Shown here: positions 28,737 through 38,699 of the stretch, piece by piece
Position numbering within the stretch: the stretch's first letter is position 1
How the letters are laid out: every line of letters begins with the position of its first letter
Source of the DNA: Pseudomonadota bacterium
GTDB lineage: Bacteria > Pseudomonadota > Gammaproteobacteria > Tethybacterales > Persebacteraceae
Length of the DNA stretch: 64,000 bases
Assembly: GCA_022600535.1 (NCBI GenBank)
Contig: JAHZKE010000042.1
Location: 10,649 to 74,648 of the forward strand
Reading direction: 5' to 3'
The notes under the pieces: model-generated
What the model was told of the DNA's origin: nothing
What the model saw: only the letters and a program-made list of their open reading frames with translations
The model's database searches: none
Translations under genes and position numbers: made by a program

Positions 28737-29444
28737 CCCCAATGCCGCCAACTGCCCGCTTGCGGTTGCAGTAAATGAGCGGTTGGCTGCCGGACTTGCT
28801 GGACTCGGATGTAAAATTTTACTAATGGTATAATTTTTGCGTTCGTTAAATAACAGTTGCAAACGTTTTTCGGCAAATCCGCCGACTCCAATCAGATAGT
28901 GCGGCTGTAATTCGGCAACGGCTTTTTTGAGAAAGGTATCGCAACAACGATACAACGCCGCTGTTGTTGCTGCCGGTAATTTATCGGGAGTCACGTTGGC
29001 GGCAGTCGCTCCCAAAAATAACAGCGGGCAATAATTAATAACAAAGTGTTGGCTAAAAAATTGCTCGGCGCTGCCGTAACATTCGGCAAATAATCCCCAT
29101 AATCTAGTGCCACTGACTTCGCGGCGCGGGCAATCAAACCCCTGAATAATGCGTTTAGGGTGTTCTACTTCAGGCGTTTTAACAGCAGTGCATATTCCCA
29201 ACCAATCGCGCACACTCACCACATCGCCAAAGGGAATGCCCGTTTGCCCCATGCCCCACGGTCCGGGGTTCATGCCGACAAAAATAGCTTTTTTTCTGCC
29301 CGTAGCAAAACGTTGTAAATATTGTTCGTGTGCAGCCCAAGCGTATTCTAACGGGTAATAGACATGGCTTACCGGTGCGCTAAATTGTGACTGCCGACAA
29401 CATTTGGCTAACTGCTTGGTGGCATTAATTAATACAGCACTCAT
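28728..29444 (-). CDS. Uracil-DNA glycosylase superfamily protein, SMUG1-like (family 3)
   Basis: 'GMNPGPWGMGQTGIPFGD' matches the SMUG1 'GMNPGP.G' active-site motif. C-terminal 'HPSPASPAANRSF' is HPSP-like. The 3' end overlaps the lpxK stop by 9 nt (convergent). Confidence 0.65.
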   Translation of the reverse strand: MSAVLINATKQLAKCCRQSQFSAPVSHVYYPLEYAWAAHEQYLQRFATGRKKAIFVGMNPGPWGMGQTGIPFGDVVSVRDWLGICTAVKTPEVEHPKRIIQGFDCPRREVSGTRLWGLFAECYGSAEQFFSQHFVINYCPLLFLGATAANVTPDKLPAATTAALYRCCDTFLKKAVAELQPHYLIGVGGFAEKRLQLLFNERKNYTISKILHPSPASPAANRSFTATASGQLAALGLL

Positions 29445-29890
29445 GGCGCACTCCGGCAGATTGCTTGACGAATTGCACAACGAATACTATCGGCGCTAAA
29501 GCCGCGGCTTTGTAAAAAACGTCTGGCGGAATTTTGTTCGCTGTGTGCAAGACCTTGCGGGTATTTTTTTTGCATGACTTCTATTACCCGTGTTGTTTCT
29601 GCCGGCAGAGCGGCGGCGGCTATCGCATTTTCTATTGTTCCCTCCTCCGCGCCGCGTTTTGCTAATTCGTAACGCAAGCGAAAATCGCCAAAACGTTCTT
29701 GCTGCTGGCGAATGTAAGCGGCACAAAAACGCAGGTCGGATTGTAAATCGGTTTCCAATAAACGTTGTAGTGCGTCAGTAATGTCATTGCTGGAAAATTG
29801 GCGCTGTTGTAGTTTTTGCTGTAATTCGTAAGCCGTGTGCTCACGGCGGGAGAGGAGTCTAATAGCGGTGGTCAGTACGTTTGCTGGCAT
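29441..29890 (-). CDS. recX: RecA regulator RecX
   Basis: ~150 aa of three-helix repeats, 'AIRLLSRREHTAYELQQKL...' and 'AAYIRQQQERFGDFRLRYELAKRG', typical of RecX. Start at 'MPANVL'. Confidence 0.75.
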   Translation of the reverse strand: MPANVLTTAIRLLSRREHTAYELQQKLQQRQFSSNDITDALQRLLETDLQSDLRFCAAYIRQQQERFGDFRLRYELAKRGAEEGTIENAIAAAALPAETTRVIEVMQKKYPQGLAHSEQNSARRFLQSRGFSADSIRCAIRQAICRSAP

Positions 29891-29900
29891 AGTACGATAA

Positions 29901-30743
29901 TTATAACGCAGCGATAATGCTCCACAACAGCCGTAAGGCAATGATTGCGGTTAACAACCCGAAAATTTTACGCAATTTATCTGCCGGCAAGCGTAAGCTT
30001 AAGCGAGCGCCGACATAAGCAGAAACCATAGCAAATAATGAAATACTCAATAATGCCGGTATGTAAATATAACCAAAGCTATTGGACGGCAACGCGCTGT
30101 TGCCAATGCTCGCCCAGACATAACCGATAGAAGCGGCGACTGCCAATGGAAAAACCATAAATGCCGAAGTGCCGATTGCTAAATGGATGGGAATTTGTCG
30201 CCGATAAAGATAGGGCACGGTCAGCGCGCCGCCGCCAATGCCAATAACGGCAGAAAAGGCACCAAAGAAAAATGAAACCGGCAGTAATTTTGTCGCCGGT
30301 GTATTTGCCTTTGCCTCTGTCGCACTGATGGTATTGCTGGGTTTGCGATGGCGTGGAAACAGTAGCAAAAAACTATTGTTGAATAAAAAACCAATCAAGA
30401 ATAATTTTAATAAATCGGCAGGAAGCAATATCGCACCACGCCCACCGATAATGGCACCGAAAGTGGTACCAATACTGAGAAAAAATGCTAAACGCCAATT
30501 AATATTATTTTGCCGAATATGAGAAAGCGCACTCACGGGGGCTGTCAGAACAATGACTCCGAGCGCGGTTGCGATTGCCATGTACGTGGCAAAGTCAGCA
30601 GAGAAAGACAGCATATTGCTATAAATAAGGATGAGTAAAGGCGCGATAATAGCACCGCCGCCAATCCCCAATAGACCGGCGAAAAAACCCGAAAGAATGC
30701 CAATTCCGGCGTAACTGGCAAGTTCTAACCAAAATGGGTACAT
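29901..30743 (-). CDS. Sulfite/anion exporter TauE/SafE family membrane protein (DUF81)
   Basis: 280 aa, 8 predicted TM helices. Two internal repeats with 'GxGGGxxxxPxL' motifs ('GLLGIGGGAIIAPLL' and 'IGIGGGALTVPYL'). Confidence 0.8.
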   Translation of the reverse strand: MYPFWLELASYAGIGILSGFFAGLLGIGGGAIIAPLLILIYSNMLSFSADFATYMAIATALGVIVLTAPVSALSHIRQNNINWRLAFFLSIGTTFGAIIGGRGAILLPADLLKLFLIGFLFNNSFLLLFPRHRKPSNTISATEAKANTPATKLLPVSFFFGAFSAVIGIGGGALTVPYLYRRQIPIHLAIGTSAFMVFPLAVAASIGYVWASIGNSALPSNSFGYIYIPALLSISLFAMVSAYVGARLSLRLPADKLRKIFGLLTAIIALRLLWSIIAAL

Positions 30744-30747
30744 TTTT

Positions 30748-31209
30748 TTAATGGGTGCCGGTGGCGGCTAAGATGATTTTCCAATCTTTAGGGGTCAATG
30801 GCAAGATAGATAAGCGATTACCGCGTGCCAATAATTTCATTTCGGCTAATTTGGGCATTGCCCGCATTGCCGCTAACGTCAGTGGTTGGGGGAATTTTTC
30901 AACAAAAGCAATCTGCACACAATGCCAACGCGGTTTTTCCGCGGTGGCGCTGGCATCGTAATAGTCACTTTTCGGATCAAATTGAGTAACATCGGCAATT
31001 GCCGTAGCGCTAACACGCGCCCGCCCGACTGCTGCCGGCACGGCACAACTGGAATGATAAAAGATGATTTCATCTCCCACTTGCATATCGTTACACATAA
31101 AATTACGCGCTTGGTAGTTACGGATACCGTCCCACCACTCGCAGCCGTCACGCGCTAAATCGTCAATAGAATAGGCGACTGGTTCAGATTTAAATAGCCA
31201 GTATGCCAT
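30748..31209 (-). CDS. EVE-domain (PUA-like, DUF55) protein
   Basis: 'MAYWLFKSEPVAYSIDDL' N-terminus and a beta-barrel pattern ('GDEIIFYHS', 'VGRARV'). Matches the EVE/Thyn1 family. Confidence 0.75.
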   Translation of the reverse strand: MAYWLFKSEPVAYSIDDLARDGCEWWDGIRNYQARNFMCNDMQVGDEIIFYHSSCAVPAAVGRARVSATAIADVTQFDPKSDYYDASATAEKPRWHCVQIAFVEKFPQPLTLAAMRAMPKLAEMKLLARGNRLSILPLTPKDWKIILAATGTH

Positions 31210-31223
31210 CTCTCAAAAGGAGA

Positions 31224-33305
31224 TTACTCCACGTCACGCATCGTTAAGCGCACTCTACCTTCTTCGGATTTAATGACTTTAACGCGCACTTCCTGACCTT
31301 CGCTCAAATAATCGGAAACATGATTAATGCGCTCGCGTGAAATTTGCGAAATATGTAAGAGACCATCACGCCCGGGCAAGATGTTAATAATTGCGCCGAC
31401 ATTTTCTAATACTTTTTCAACCGTGCCGACATAAACAACACCGACTTCTACATCAACGGTAATGTTTTCAATTTGCTTTTTCGCCCGCTCACAGCTTTCT
31501 AAACTTTTGCCCATAATGGTAATTAAACCGTTATCGTCAATGTCTATCTTTGTTTGTGTACTGTCGGTCAAATTGCGAATCACCGAACCGCCTTTGCCAA
31601 TGACTTCGCGAATTTTATCAACGCTGATTTTCATGGTAATACGGCGCGGCGCATACGGAGAAATATCTTTACGCGGCTCAGAAACTGCCTCGTTCATGAC
31701 TTTCAATATCCCCAAGCGTCCCTCTTTTGCTTGCGCGAGTGCATTCCGCATAATCTCTTCGCTGATGCTATCAATTTTCAAATCCATCTGCAATGCGGTA
31801 ATCCCTTTTTCGCTACCGGCAACTTTAAAGTCCATATCCCCTAAGTGATCTTCATCACCCAAAATATCGGATAACACGGCATATTTTTCACCTTCTTTAA
31901 TCAAGCCCATGGCAATCCCGGAAACTGCCGAGCCCAATGGCACGCCTGCATCCATTAGCGCCAATGAGCCACCGCATACCGATGCCATAGAACTAGAACC
32001 ATTGGATTCGGTAATTTCGGAAACCACACGCAAGGCAAAGCCAAAATCTTCCCGCGCAGGAATCACTGCGGCTAAACCGCGTTTTGCTAATCTGCCGTGA
32101 CCAATTTCACGCCGCTTCGGCGAGCCGCCACGTCCGGTTTCACCCGTTGCAAACGGAGGAAAATTATAATGCATCATAAAGGCATCAAACTGTTCGCCGG
32201 CGAGTGCATCAATTTTTTGATCATCGCGATCGCCACCTAATGTGGCAGAAACTAATGCTTGTGTTTCCCCGCGGGTGAACAAAGCAGAACCGTGCACACG
32301 TGGCAATAAACCGGTGCGAATGGTAATGGGACGTACGGTTTTAGTGTCGCGTCCGTCAATGCGCGGGGCGCCCGATAAAATGCGATTGCGGACAATATTT
32401 GCCTCACACTTTTTAAATACCGATGAAATCAAATTTTCTTCTAACGAGGTTGTTTCCGGGGTCACCACTGCCGCTGCTGATTCTTTGCGAGCTGCCGACA
32501 ATGCTTGGGTCCGTTCTTGTTTATCGCTAATATTATAAGCGGACTCCAATAACGGCGTTGCGGTGGCTTGCAATTTACTTTTTTTACTTTCGTCTAATAC
32601 CGGGGCTTGCCAGTCCCAACGGGGTTTGGCAATGGCTTCGTTCATTTGTTTAATTGCGGCAATGGTCATTTGCATATCTTCATGCCCTGCCATCACGGCG
32701 GCAAGCATTTGTTCTTCCGACAGTTGATTGGCTTCTGATTCCACCATCAAAACACCTTGCTCGGTGCCGGCAACCACTAAATTTAAATCAGATTTTTCTA
32801 ATTCTTCGGTGGTGGGCAAAACAATGAGTTCGCCTTCTACCATGGCAACGCGGGCAGCACCAATAGGACCGTTAAACGGAATACCCGAAATAGAGAGTGC
32901 AGCGGAGGCGGCAATCATTGCCGGAATATCGGAATCCATTGACGGATTGTAGGATAACACCGTGATAAACATTTGCGTTTCGTTGTAGTAAAAATCGGGA
33001 AATAAAGGACGCAAAGAACGATCAATCAAACGGGCTGTTAAAATTTCCTTTTCGGTGGGACGCCCTTCACGGCGAAAAAAGCCACCCGGAATACGTCCCG
33101 CTGCATAAAATTTTTCTTGATAATCTACCGTTAACGGTAAAAATGAAGCATTGGGAAGCGCTTCCTGTCTGCCGGTAACTGCCGCCATCACCACGGTTTC
33201 ATCAACAGTGCAAATAACGGTGGCGGCAGCTTGTCTGCCAATTTCGCCGAATTCTAATGTAACTTCATGCTTACCGAGGGGAAAAGATTGTTTAATATGT
33301 GTCAT
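31224..33305 (-). CDS. pnp: Polyribonucleotide nucleotidyltransferase (PNPase)
   Basis: 693 aa. Two RNase PH domains plus KH and S1 at the C-terminus ('GKGGSVIR', 'GTVEKV...'). The N-terminus aligns with E. coli Pnp. Confidence 0.95.
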   Translation of the reverse strand: MTHIKQSFPLGKHEVTLEFGEIGRQAAATVICTVDETVVMAAVTGRQEALPNASFLPLTVDYQEKFYAAGRIPGGFFRREGRPTEKEILTARLIDRSLRPLFPDFYYNETQMFITVLSYNPSMDSDIPAMIAASAALSISGIPFNGPIGAARVAMVEGELIVLPTTEELEKSDLNLVVAGTEQGVLMVESEANQLSEEQMLAAVMAGHEDMQMTIAAIKQMNEAIAKPRWDWQAPVLDESKKSKLQATATPLLESAYNISDKQERTQALSAARKESAAAVVTPETTSLEENLISSVFKKCEANIVRNRILSGAPRIDGRDTKTVRPITIRTGLLPRVHGSALFTRGETQALVSATLGGDRDDQKIDALAGEQFDAFMMHYNFPPFATGETGRGGSPKRREIGHGRLAKRGLAAVIPAREDFGFALRVVSEITESNGSSSMASVCGGSLALMDAGVPLGSAVSGIAMGLIKEGEKYAVLSDILGDEDHLGDMDFKVAGSEKGITALQMDLKIDSISEEIMRNALAQAKEGRLGILKVMNEAVSEPRKDISPYAPRRITMKISVDKIREVIGKGGSVIRNLTDSTQTKIDIDDNGLITIMGKSLESCERAKKQIENITVDVEVGVVYVGTVEKVLENVGAIINILPGRDGLLHISQISRERINHVSDYLSEGQEVRVKVIKSEEGRVRLTMRDVE

Positions 33306-33368
33306 AATTTTTGCTTTCTAAAAAGAAAGAGTCAGAAAAGGAAATTGTGCTCAACGAGAAAGGCGCGC

Positions 33369-33653
33369 TTACTTACGCAAGCCAAGCGATGCCAGTGTTT
33401 TACCGTGTAATTCGGGATCCGTACGTTTAATGTATTTGAGTAATTTACGTCGTTTGCTCACCATGCCGATCAAACCGCGCCGTGAGTGTTTATCGTTACG
33501 ATTGCTCCCCATGTGACCCGTCAAATGAAGGATGCGCGCTGTTAAAGCGGCTATTTGAACTGGGGCAGAACCGACATCGGTCTCGTGCTGCTTCAGTGAT
33601 GTTTTGATTTCGGCTAACTCTACCGTAGTGTGTTGTTGCTTCTTTGCTTTCAT
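33369..33653 (-). CDS. rpsO: 30S ribosomal protein S15
   Basis: 'HSRRGLIGMVSKRRKLLKYIKR' is the S15 signature. Classic rpsO-pnp synteny. Confidence 0.9.
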   Translation of the reverse strand: MKAKKQQHTTVELAEIKTSLKQHETDVGSAPVQIAALTARILHLTGHMGSNRNDKHSRRGLIGMVSKRRKLLKYIKRTDPELHGKTLASLGLRK

Positions 33654-33929
33654 ATATCCAACAGGTAAAAAGTCGTCATTATACTATATCCGCTTGCTCA
33701 TTTTGTATTTTGTACTGCAACATAATACTATTTAATGTTTTTTCAGGAATACGACGACTAATTGCGTATCATTAACAATGGATTTATGTAAAATGCTCAT
33801 TTTGAATCACGTATGAAAATATTCCCATTTCTTTTCCTTGTTGCCAATCTTACCGTGGCGGGCGGGGGCACTGCTGACGGTACCCATCGCCATCAGAATC
33901 GCCATTAAAAAACCAAAGAAAGTATCACC

Positions 33930-34841
33930 ATGGCAATCAACACAAAAATGCAAGCACGCGACTGGGGGATGCTGCTACTGTTATCTTTACTCTGGGGCGG
34001 TTCGTTTTTCTTTGTCGGGGTGGCAGTGGCAGAATTACCGCCATTCACCATTGTGCTGTGTCGCGTTGGTTTTGCTGCTGCCACTTTATGGTTAATTATG
34101 TTTATTATCCGTGTCCCACTGCCCAAAACGCCGGCACTGTGGGGCAGTTTTTTTATTATGGGCTTCACCAAAAACGCCCTGCCGTTTTCACTTATTGTCT
34201 GGGGGCAGACACAAATTTCCTCCGGGTTGGCATCTATTCTCAATGCCACAACGCCGCTATTTACCGTGTTGATCGCTGCTGTTTTGCTTGCCGATGAACG
34301 CCTGAATGCGGGCAAAGCCATTGGTGTTGCACTCGGCATTGGCGGCACCATCGTGATGATTGGTCCCGCTGCACTGCAAGGGGCAAGCGATAATGCACTG
34401 GCAATGTTAGCAGTATTGGGGGCAACGCTAAGCTATGCCTTTGCCTCAATTTATGGCAGGCGTTTTCATGCCGACGGCATGCCCCCGATTACTGCAGCAG
34501 CCGGACAGGTAACCTGTGCCACTATTTTACTGACCCCGCTTACCCTCATCGTTGATACGCCGTGGCAGTTGCCACTTCCGTCTGCTGCCGTTATACTGGC
34601 AGTGCTGGGGCTGGCAATACTTTCCACCGCACTGGCTTATGTTTTATATTTTCGTATTCTTGCCTCATCCGGCGCGGTTAACATCTCGCTGGTGACTTTT
34701 TTGGTGCCAATATCGGCTATTTTTCTTGGTATCGTTATATTAGACGAAACATTAGAACTCAGCCATATTGCAGGCATGGTACTGATTGCCACCGGACTTA
34801 TCGCCATGGACGGCAGAGTATGGCGGGCAATCAAATCTTAA
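33930..34841 (+). CDS. DMT-superfamily transporter (EamA/RhaT family, 10 TM)
   Basis: 303 aa with two EamA-domain halves ('LWGGSFFFVGVAVAELPP...' and '...ILSTALAYVLYFRIL'). Confidence 0.8.
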   Translation: MAINTKMQARDWGMLLLLSLLWGGSFFFVGVAVAELPPFTIVLCRVGFAAATLWLIMFIIRVPLPKTPALWGSFFIMGFTKNALPFSLIVWGQTQISSGLASILNATTPLFTVLIAAVLLADERLNAGKAIGVALGIGGTIVMIGPAALQGASDNALAMLAVLGATLSYAFASIYGRRFHADGMPPITAAAGQVTCATILLTPLTLIVDTPWQLPLPSAAVILAVLGLAILSTALAYVLYFRILASSGAVNISLVTFLVPISAIFLGIVILDETLELSHIAGMVLIATGLIAMDGRVWRAIKS

Positions 34842-34895
34842 CCTGCCGATAACGGCAAAGTTATCAATATCAATATTCAAAAATAAAATTAAAAA

Positions 34896-34971
34896 TGGTG
34901 GGTCAGGAGGGTTTCGAACCCCCAACCAAAGGATTATGAGTCCTCTGCTCTAACCGTTGAGCTACTGACCC
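34896..34971 (-). tRNA. tRNA with CAU anticodon (Ile2/lysidine-type or elongator Met), ileX-like position downstream of rpoD
   Basis: The reverse complement folds as GGGTCAG/CTGACCC acceptor, anticodon loop CTCATAA, T-loop GTTCGAAA and encoded CCA. Its location immediately 3' of rpoD mirrors E. coli ileX. Confidence 0.85.
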
Positions 34972-34979
34972 CTATAAAT

Positions 34980-37442
34980 TTATTCGGTTTCGCCCAAACG
35001 TTGTTTTAAGGTGCGCTCGCGTTTGGAACTGCGCATTTTGCGTAATGCTTTTGCTTCAATTTGGCGAATGCGCTCGCGAGTAACTTCAAATTGCCGCCCG
35101 ACTTCCTCTAAGGTGTAATCGTTGTCAATATCAATGCCAAAACGCATACGCAACACTTTCGCCTCGCGTGGTGCCAATTCGCTGTCAAAAAAGTCGCGCA
35201 AGAATATTTTTTTATCTTTGCTAATGACATTTTCTAGCGGGTCAATCACTGACGGGTCTTCAATAAAGTCGCCGGTGGTGGCATCGTCATCGCCTACCGG
35301 GGTTTCCATAGAAGTCGGTTCTTTGGCAATTTTTAGAATGCGCCGCACTTTATCTAACGGCAATTCCATGGCTTCACTCAATTCTTCCGGTGTCGGATCC
35401 ACACCATTTTTTTGCATCAGCTGCCGTGAGACACGGTTGAGTTTATTGATGGTTTCAATCATGTGTACGGGAATACGAATCGTGCGCCCTTGATCGGCAA
35501 TGGCACGCGTAATTGCCTGCCGAATCCACCATGTCGCATAGGTTGAAAATTTAAAGCCGCGGCGATATTGAAATTTATCCACCGCTTTCATCAAACCGAT
35601 ATTTCCTTCTTGAATTAGATCTAAGAAATGTAGTCCGCGATTGGTGTATTTTTTAGCAATTGAAATGACTAAGCGCAAATTAGAACGCACCATTTCGGTC
35701 TTGGCTTGCATCACTTCGCGCTCACATGAACGCAACTCTTTTTCCACTTCGTTCAAGGTTGCCATGTCCATTTTATTGGCTTTTAAAATGACGATACAAC
35801 GCGATTGCCATTCGACAATTTCGGGAATATATTGATCGGCTGCGGTATTATATTTTTGCGAGGAGATGGATTTAAACCAATCAAGGTTGGTTTCATTTCC
35901 CGGATACAAGCGCAAAAAGTCGGATTTTTTCATCCCCAATTTACGCACACATGCATCACGCACACGGGATTCGATATTGGCAATTTCAAGGGCAATTTCG
36001 TGTACTTTATCGGTCAACAATTTGACTTGCTTTCCCGAATAACAAAAACGCGACATAATTTCCGTCATCTGCTGTTCGTATTCTGCACGCGCATTTTCAC
36101 TGCGGCTACGGCTATGCTTCTGATGTACCTCGGCTAATTGTTTCATCAATTTCAATGTTTTTGTCTTTAACTCCGCTCCTTTTAGCCCGGGCGGTGCCGG
36201 CATTTCCCCTTCTTCTGCTGTGCTTTCGGCTTCCACTCCTACCGTTGTTGTTTCCCCTTCTCCCTCAGCATCGACGTTGTCTAACTCTTCTGCTGCAGCG
36301 ACTTGGTTTTTTTCGTTTTTTTTATCTGCACTGGGCCAATAAAAATCACTGGTAATTGACTCAACATTTCCTTCGTCAAAAATGTCATCAATAATATCTT
36401 CTACCGATACTTTTTTGCTTTTAATTTTTTCTGCATCCTGCAAAATCTCTTCCACAATCAACGGGCATTTGGACAACACTTGCATAATGCCACGCAAACC
36501 GTTTTCGGCACGGCGGGCGATGTATTTTTCTTCATCGCGGTTAAGTAAGTGCGATGAACTCATTTCGCGCATATACATCCGCACCGGATCGGTTGTGCGT
36601 GTATTGCCGACAAAGGCGGAAATTGCCGCTTCGGCTTGGTCGTCAATATCGCTTTCACTATGTCCAACAACCGCCGTTTCGCCTCCCAACATCAACTCAT
36701 CGCGGTCAGGGGTTTTTTCATAAATTTTAATCGCCATCTCACGCAAGATATTGGCAATCACTTCAATTGCTTCGTCGACATCCATCATTTCATCGGGTAG
36801 ATGATCGTTAATGACCGAGTGCGTGACATAACCGTATTTACGCGCATGGTGGAAAATTTCGTACAAACGGGAAATGCTACTTTGCTTATTTGCCTCGCTT
36901 TGTTCACTGTCTGGTGCCGCATTGCTGGCAGATACTTTGGAAAAAGAGAGTTTTCTTTTTACTTTTTCTTCCAACTCGTCATGCATTTTATTGACTGCTG
37001 CGACTTTACGGTCGGCAGTAAAACGTTGCTGTTTACGTTTTCTCGCTTTTTTCGGTTTGGCTAATACGGGTTGTCTGGGGGCGGGTGCTACTTCGGCGCT
37101 TACTACGGCGGGTTTAGCAACGGCTTTGCTTGCTACCTTTGTTAACGGTTTTTTCGGTGCAGTTTTTTTAGCAACCACCGCTTTTTTCGGCGCAACTGCC
37201 TTAGTCGCTTTAGCAACAGCTTTGCTTGCTACCTTTGCTAACGGTTTTTTCGGTGCAGTTTTTTTAGCAGGCGCAACTGCCTTAGCCGCTACTTTAGTGC
37301 CCGCTTTAGCAACAGGTTTTGCTAATTTCTTCGTTGCAACTTTTTTAACTGCTGGTGTTTTTTTAGGCGCAGATTTTGCCGATGAATTGGCTTTTTTTGC
37401 TGCTGATTTGGCGACTGGTGCCTTCGTTTTTTTATCTGCCAT
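34980..37442 (-). CDS. rpoD: RNA polymerase sigma-70 (RpoD) with ~140-aa Lys/Ala/Pro-rich histone H1-like N-terminal extension
   Basis: Regions 1.1-4.2 are all present (for example '[44 protein letters not shown]' and '[28 protein letters not shown]'). The N-terminus is '[39 protein letters not shown]...' with KAP/AKK repeats. Total length is 820 aa. Confidence 0.95.
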   Translation of the reverse strand: MADKKTKAPVAKSAAKKANSSAKSAPKKTPAVKKVATKKLAKPVAKAGTKVAAKAVAPAKKTAPKKPLAKVASKAVAKATKAVAPKKAVVAKKTAPKKPLTKVASKAVAKPAVVSAEVAPAPRQPVLAKPKKARKRKQQRFTADRKVAAVNKMHDELEEKVKRKLSFSKVSASNAAPDSEQSEANKQSSISRLYEIFHHARKYGYVTHSVINDHLPDEMMDVDEAIEVIANILREMAIKIYEKTPDRDELMLGGETAVVGHSESDIDDQAEAAISAFVGNTRTTDPVRMYMREMSSSHLLNRDEEKYIARRAENGLRGIMQVLSKCPLIVEEILQDAEKIKSKKVSVEDIIDDIFDEGNVESITSDFYWPSADKKNEKNQVAAAEELDNVDAEGEGETTTVGVEAESTAEEGEMPAPPGLKGAELKTKTLKLMKQLAEVHQKHSRSRSENARAEYEQQMTEIMSRFCYSGKQVKLLTDKVHEIALEIANIESRVRDACVRKLGMKKSDFLRLYPGNETNLDWFKSISSQKYNTAADQYIPEIVEWQSRCIVILKANKMDMATLNEVEKELRSCEREVMQAKTEMVRSNLRLVISIAKKYTNRGLHFLDLIQEGNIGLMKAVDKFQYRRGFKFSTYATWWIRQAITRAIADQGRTIRIPVHMIETINKLNRVSRQLMQKNGVDPTPEELSEAMELPLDKVRRILKIAKEPTSMETPVGDDDATTGDFIEDPSVIDPLENVISKDKKIFLRDFFDSELAPREAKVLRMRFGIDIDNDYTLEEVGRQFEVTRERIRQIEAKALRKMRSSKRERTLKQRLGETE
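37113..37300. repeat. 96-nt tandem repeat (2 copies) encoding the KAP-rich repeats of the RpoD N-terminal extension
   Basis: 'tagcaac[g/a]gctttgcttgctacctttg[t/c]taacggttttttcggtgcagtttttttagca' occurs at 37113 and again at 37209. Confidence 0.6.
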
Positions 37443-37475
37443 ATAACTTGTTATTATACCACATTTTAATGATTT

Positions 37476-38669
37476 TTAGAGAGAATTATCGTCTAATTTC
37501 TTATTAATTTCAATCTCAATGCGTTCGCCTACTTTTGCGGTTGTTTCGCCATACCAATCACCCGCTTGTGCCCGGGCATCGCCGCTGGTAGAAATTCGGG
37601 CGATAATTTGATATTCACCATCGTTGATATTATCGCTGATTTTTGCATTTGGCGACATCGCTGCACTGTCATCCAATACACTAACAATAGGCAACTGTCC
37701 CACCGTATAACGTTTTGCTGCTACGGGGATTTTTTGCCCCGCCACACGCGCAAAAATAAATACCGTCATCTCCGCTCCCAGTTGTTGCGGTAACGCTGCG
37801 GCTAAACTTACGGCGACGGTAATGGCTTTTTCATTGTCTGTTACATTGTCTGTTTCGTTACCCGCTATTGCGATTTGACTTTGCAATTCGGACAAAGCGG
37901 TAGCAACTTGTGATTGCATTGCACTATCGGTTAATAGCGGATACAAGCGTTGCCAATAATTTTGCGCAGCTTGTAATTCGCCTTTTTCTCGCGCCCGTAC
38001 GCCGGCAATCCACAATACTAAGGGTGCATCAGCAACAGTTTGCAATGCTTCTGCCAATACTTCATCTAATTGCGGGTCATCCGCCCACACCAATGCTTCT
38101 AAGTGGGCAACTAATAATTGCGGCGCATCCGCCACCTGCCGCGCCCGCTGATAATATTCTGCTGCTTCTATATAACGGCTTTGCGCCATTAAACTTTTTG
38201 CCATCAATACCAATGCCTCACCATTGTTGGGGTTATCTTGCAACCATTGTTCTAATTTTTCACTCATTTGCGCAACATCGGCGACGTTGGTCGGTGCTGT
38301 TGGCGCTTGGGTATGTGTCGGCGACCCCAACAATAAATACAACCCGGTCGCCGCCGCCGTCATAAATAGTGCAATAACAATACTGCTACTTGTGCTACCA
38401 ATCCGCACTAATGTCGGTGCAGGTGCTGTCGCGCTGTTATCTGCCAACAGTTGTGTTGCAATTTCTTCTTTATAATTTTCAATATCACCGGTAGTTAAAG
38501 TTTGATTACTATTGGCTTGTTGCAAATCGTGCAACTGTGCTTTAACTGCGGCAATATTGTGTTGTTGCCGTGTCAGCGCATTGCTGTGCCTTGCCGAATG
38601 GTGCCAAAATGCCCAACATAAGCACCCTACCGTGCCCAATAAAATTAACAGCGCCGATACAATAAACAT
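37476..38669 (-). CDS. TPR-containing membrane-anchored protein, CcmI/CycH-like (c-type cytochrome biogenesis), tentative
   Basis: An N-terminal TM helix, a long helical TPR-like region ('AEYYQRARQ', 'AQNYWQRL') and a C-terminal beta-rich domain. The architecture resembles CcmI. No ccm partners are nearby. Confidence 0.4.
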   Translation of the reverse strand: MFIVSALLILLGTVGCLCWAFWHHSARHSNALTRQQHNIAAVKAQLHDLQQANSNQTLTTGDIENYKEEIATQLLADNSATAPAPTLVRIGSTSSSIVIALFMTAAATGLYLLLGSPTHTQAPTAPTNVADVAQMSEKLEQWLQDNPNNGEALVLMAKSLMAQSRYIEAAEYYQRARQVADAPQLLVAHLEALVWADDPQLDEVLAEALQTVADAPLVLWIAGVRAREKGELQAAQNYWQRLYPLLTDSAMQSQVATALSELQSQIAIAGNETDNVTDNEKAITVAVSLAAALPQQLGAEMTVFIFARVAGQKIPVAAKRYTVGQLPIVSVLDDSAAMSPNAKISDNINDGEYQIIARISTSGDARAQAGDWYGETTAKVGERIEIEINKKLDDNSL

Positions 38670-38699
38670 AGCGGTATTTTACACTGTACCGCAATGTCG

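Noticed and set aside
28388-28891. 167-aa ORF on the minus strand overlapping the 3' end of lpxK and the 5' end of the UDG gene
   Set aside because: Overlaps two well-supported genes in other frames. No motif.
33813-33908. 31-codon ORF (MKIFPFLFLVANLTVAGGGTADGTHRHQNRH) upstream of the EamA transporter gene
   Set aside because: Could be a leader peptide, but it has no recognisable RBS or attenuator structure and the composition is unremarkable. Too little evidence to call.
36874-37446. 190-aa Ala/Leu/Phe-rich ORF on the + strand
   Set aside because: Antisense mirror of the low-complexity KAP-repeat region of rpoD. Compositional artefact.
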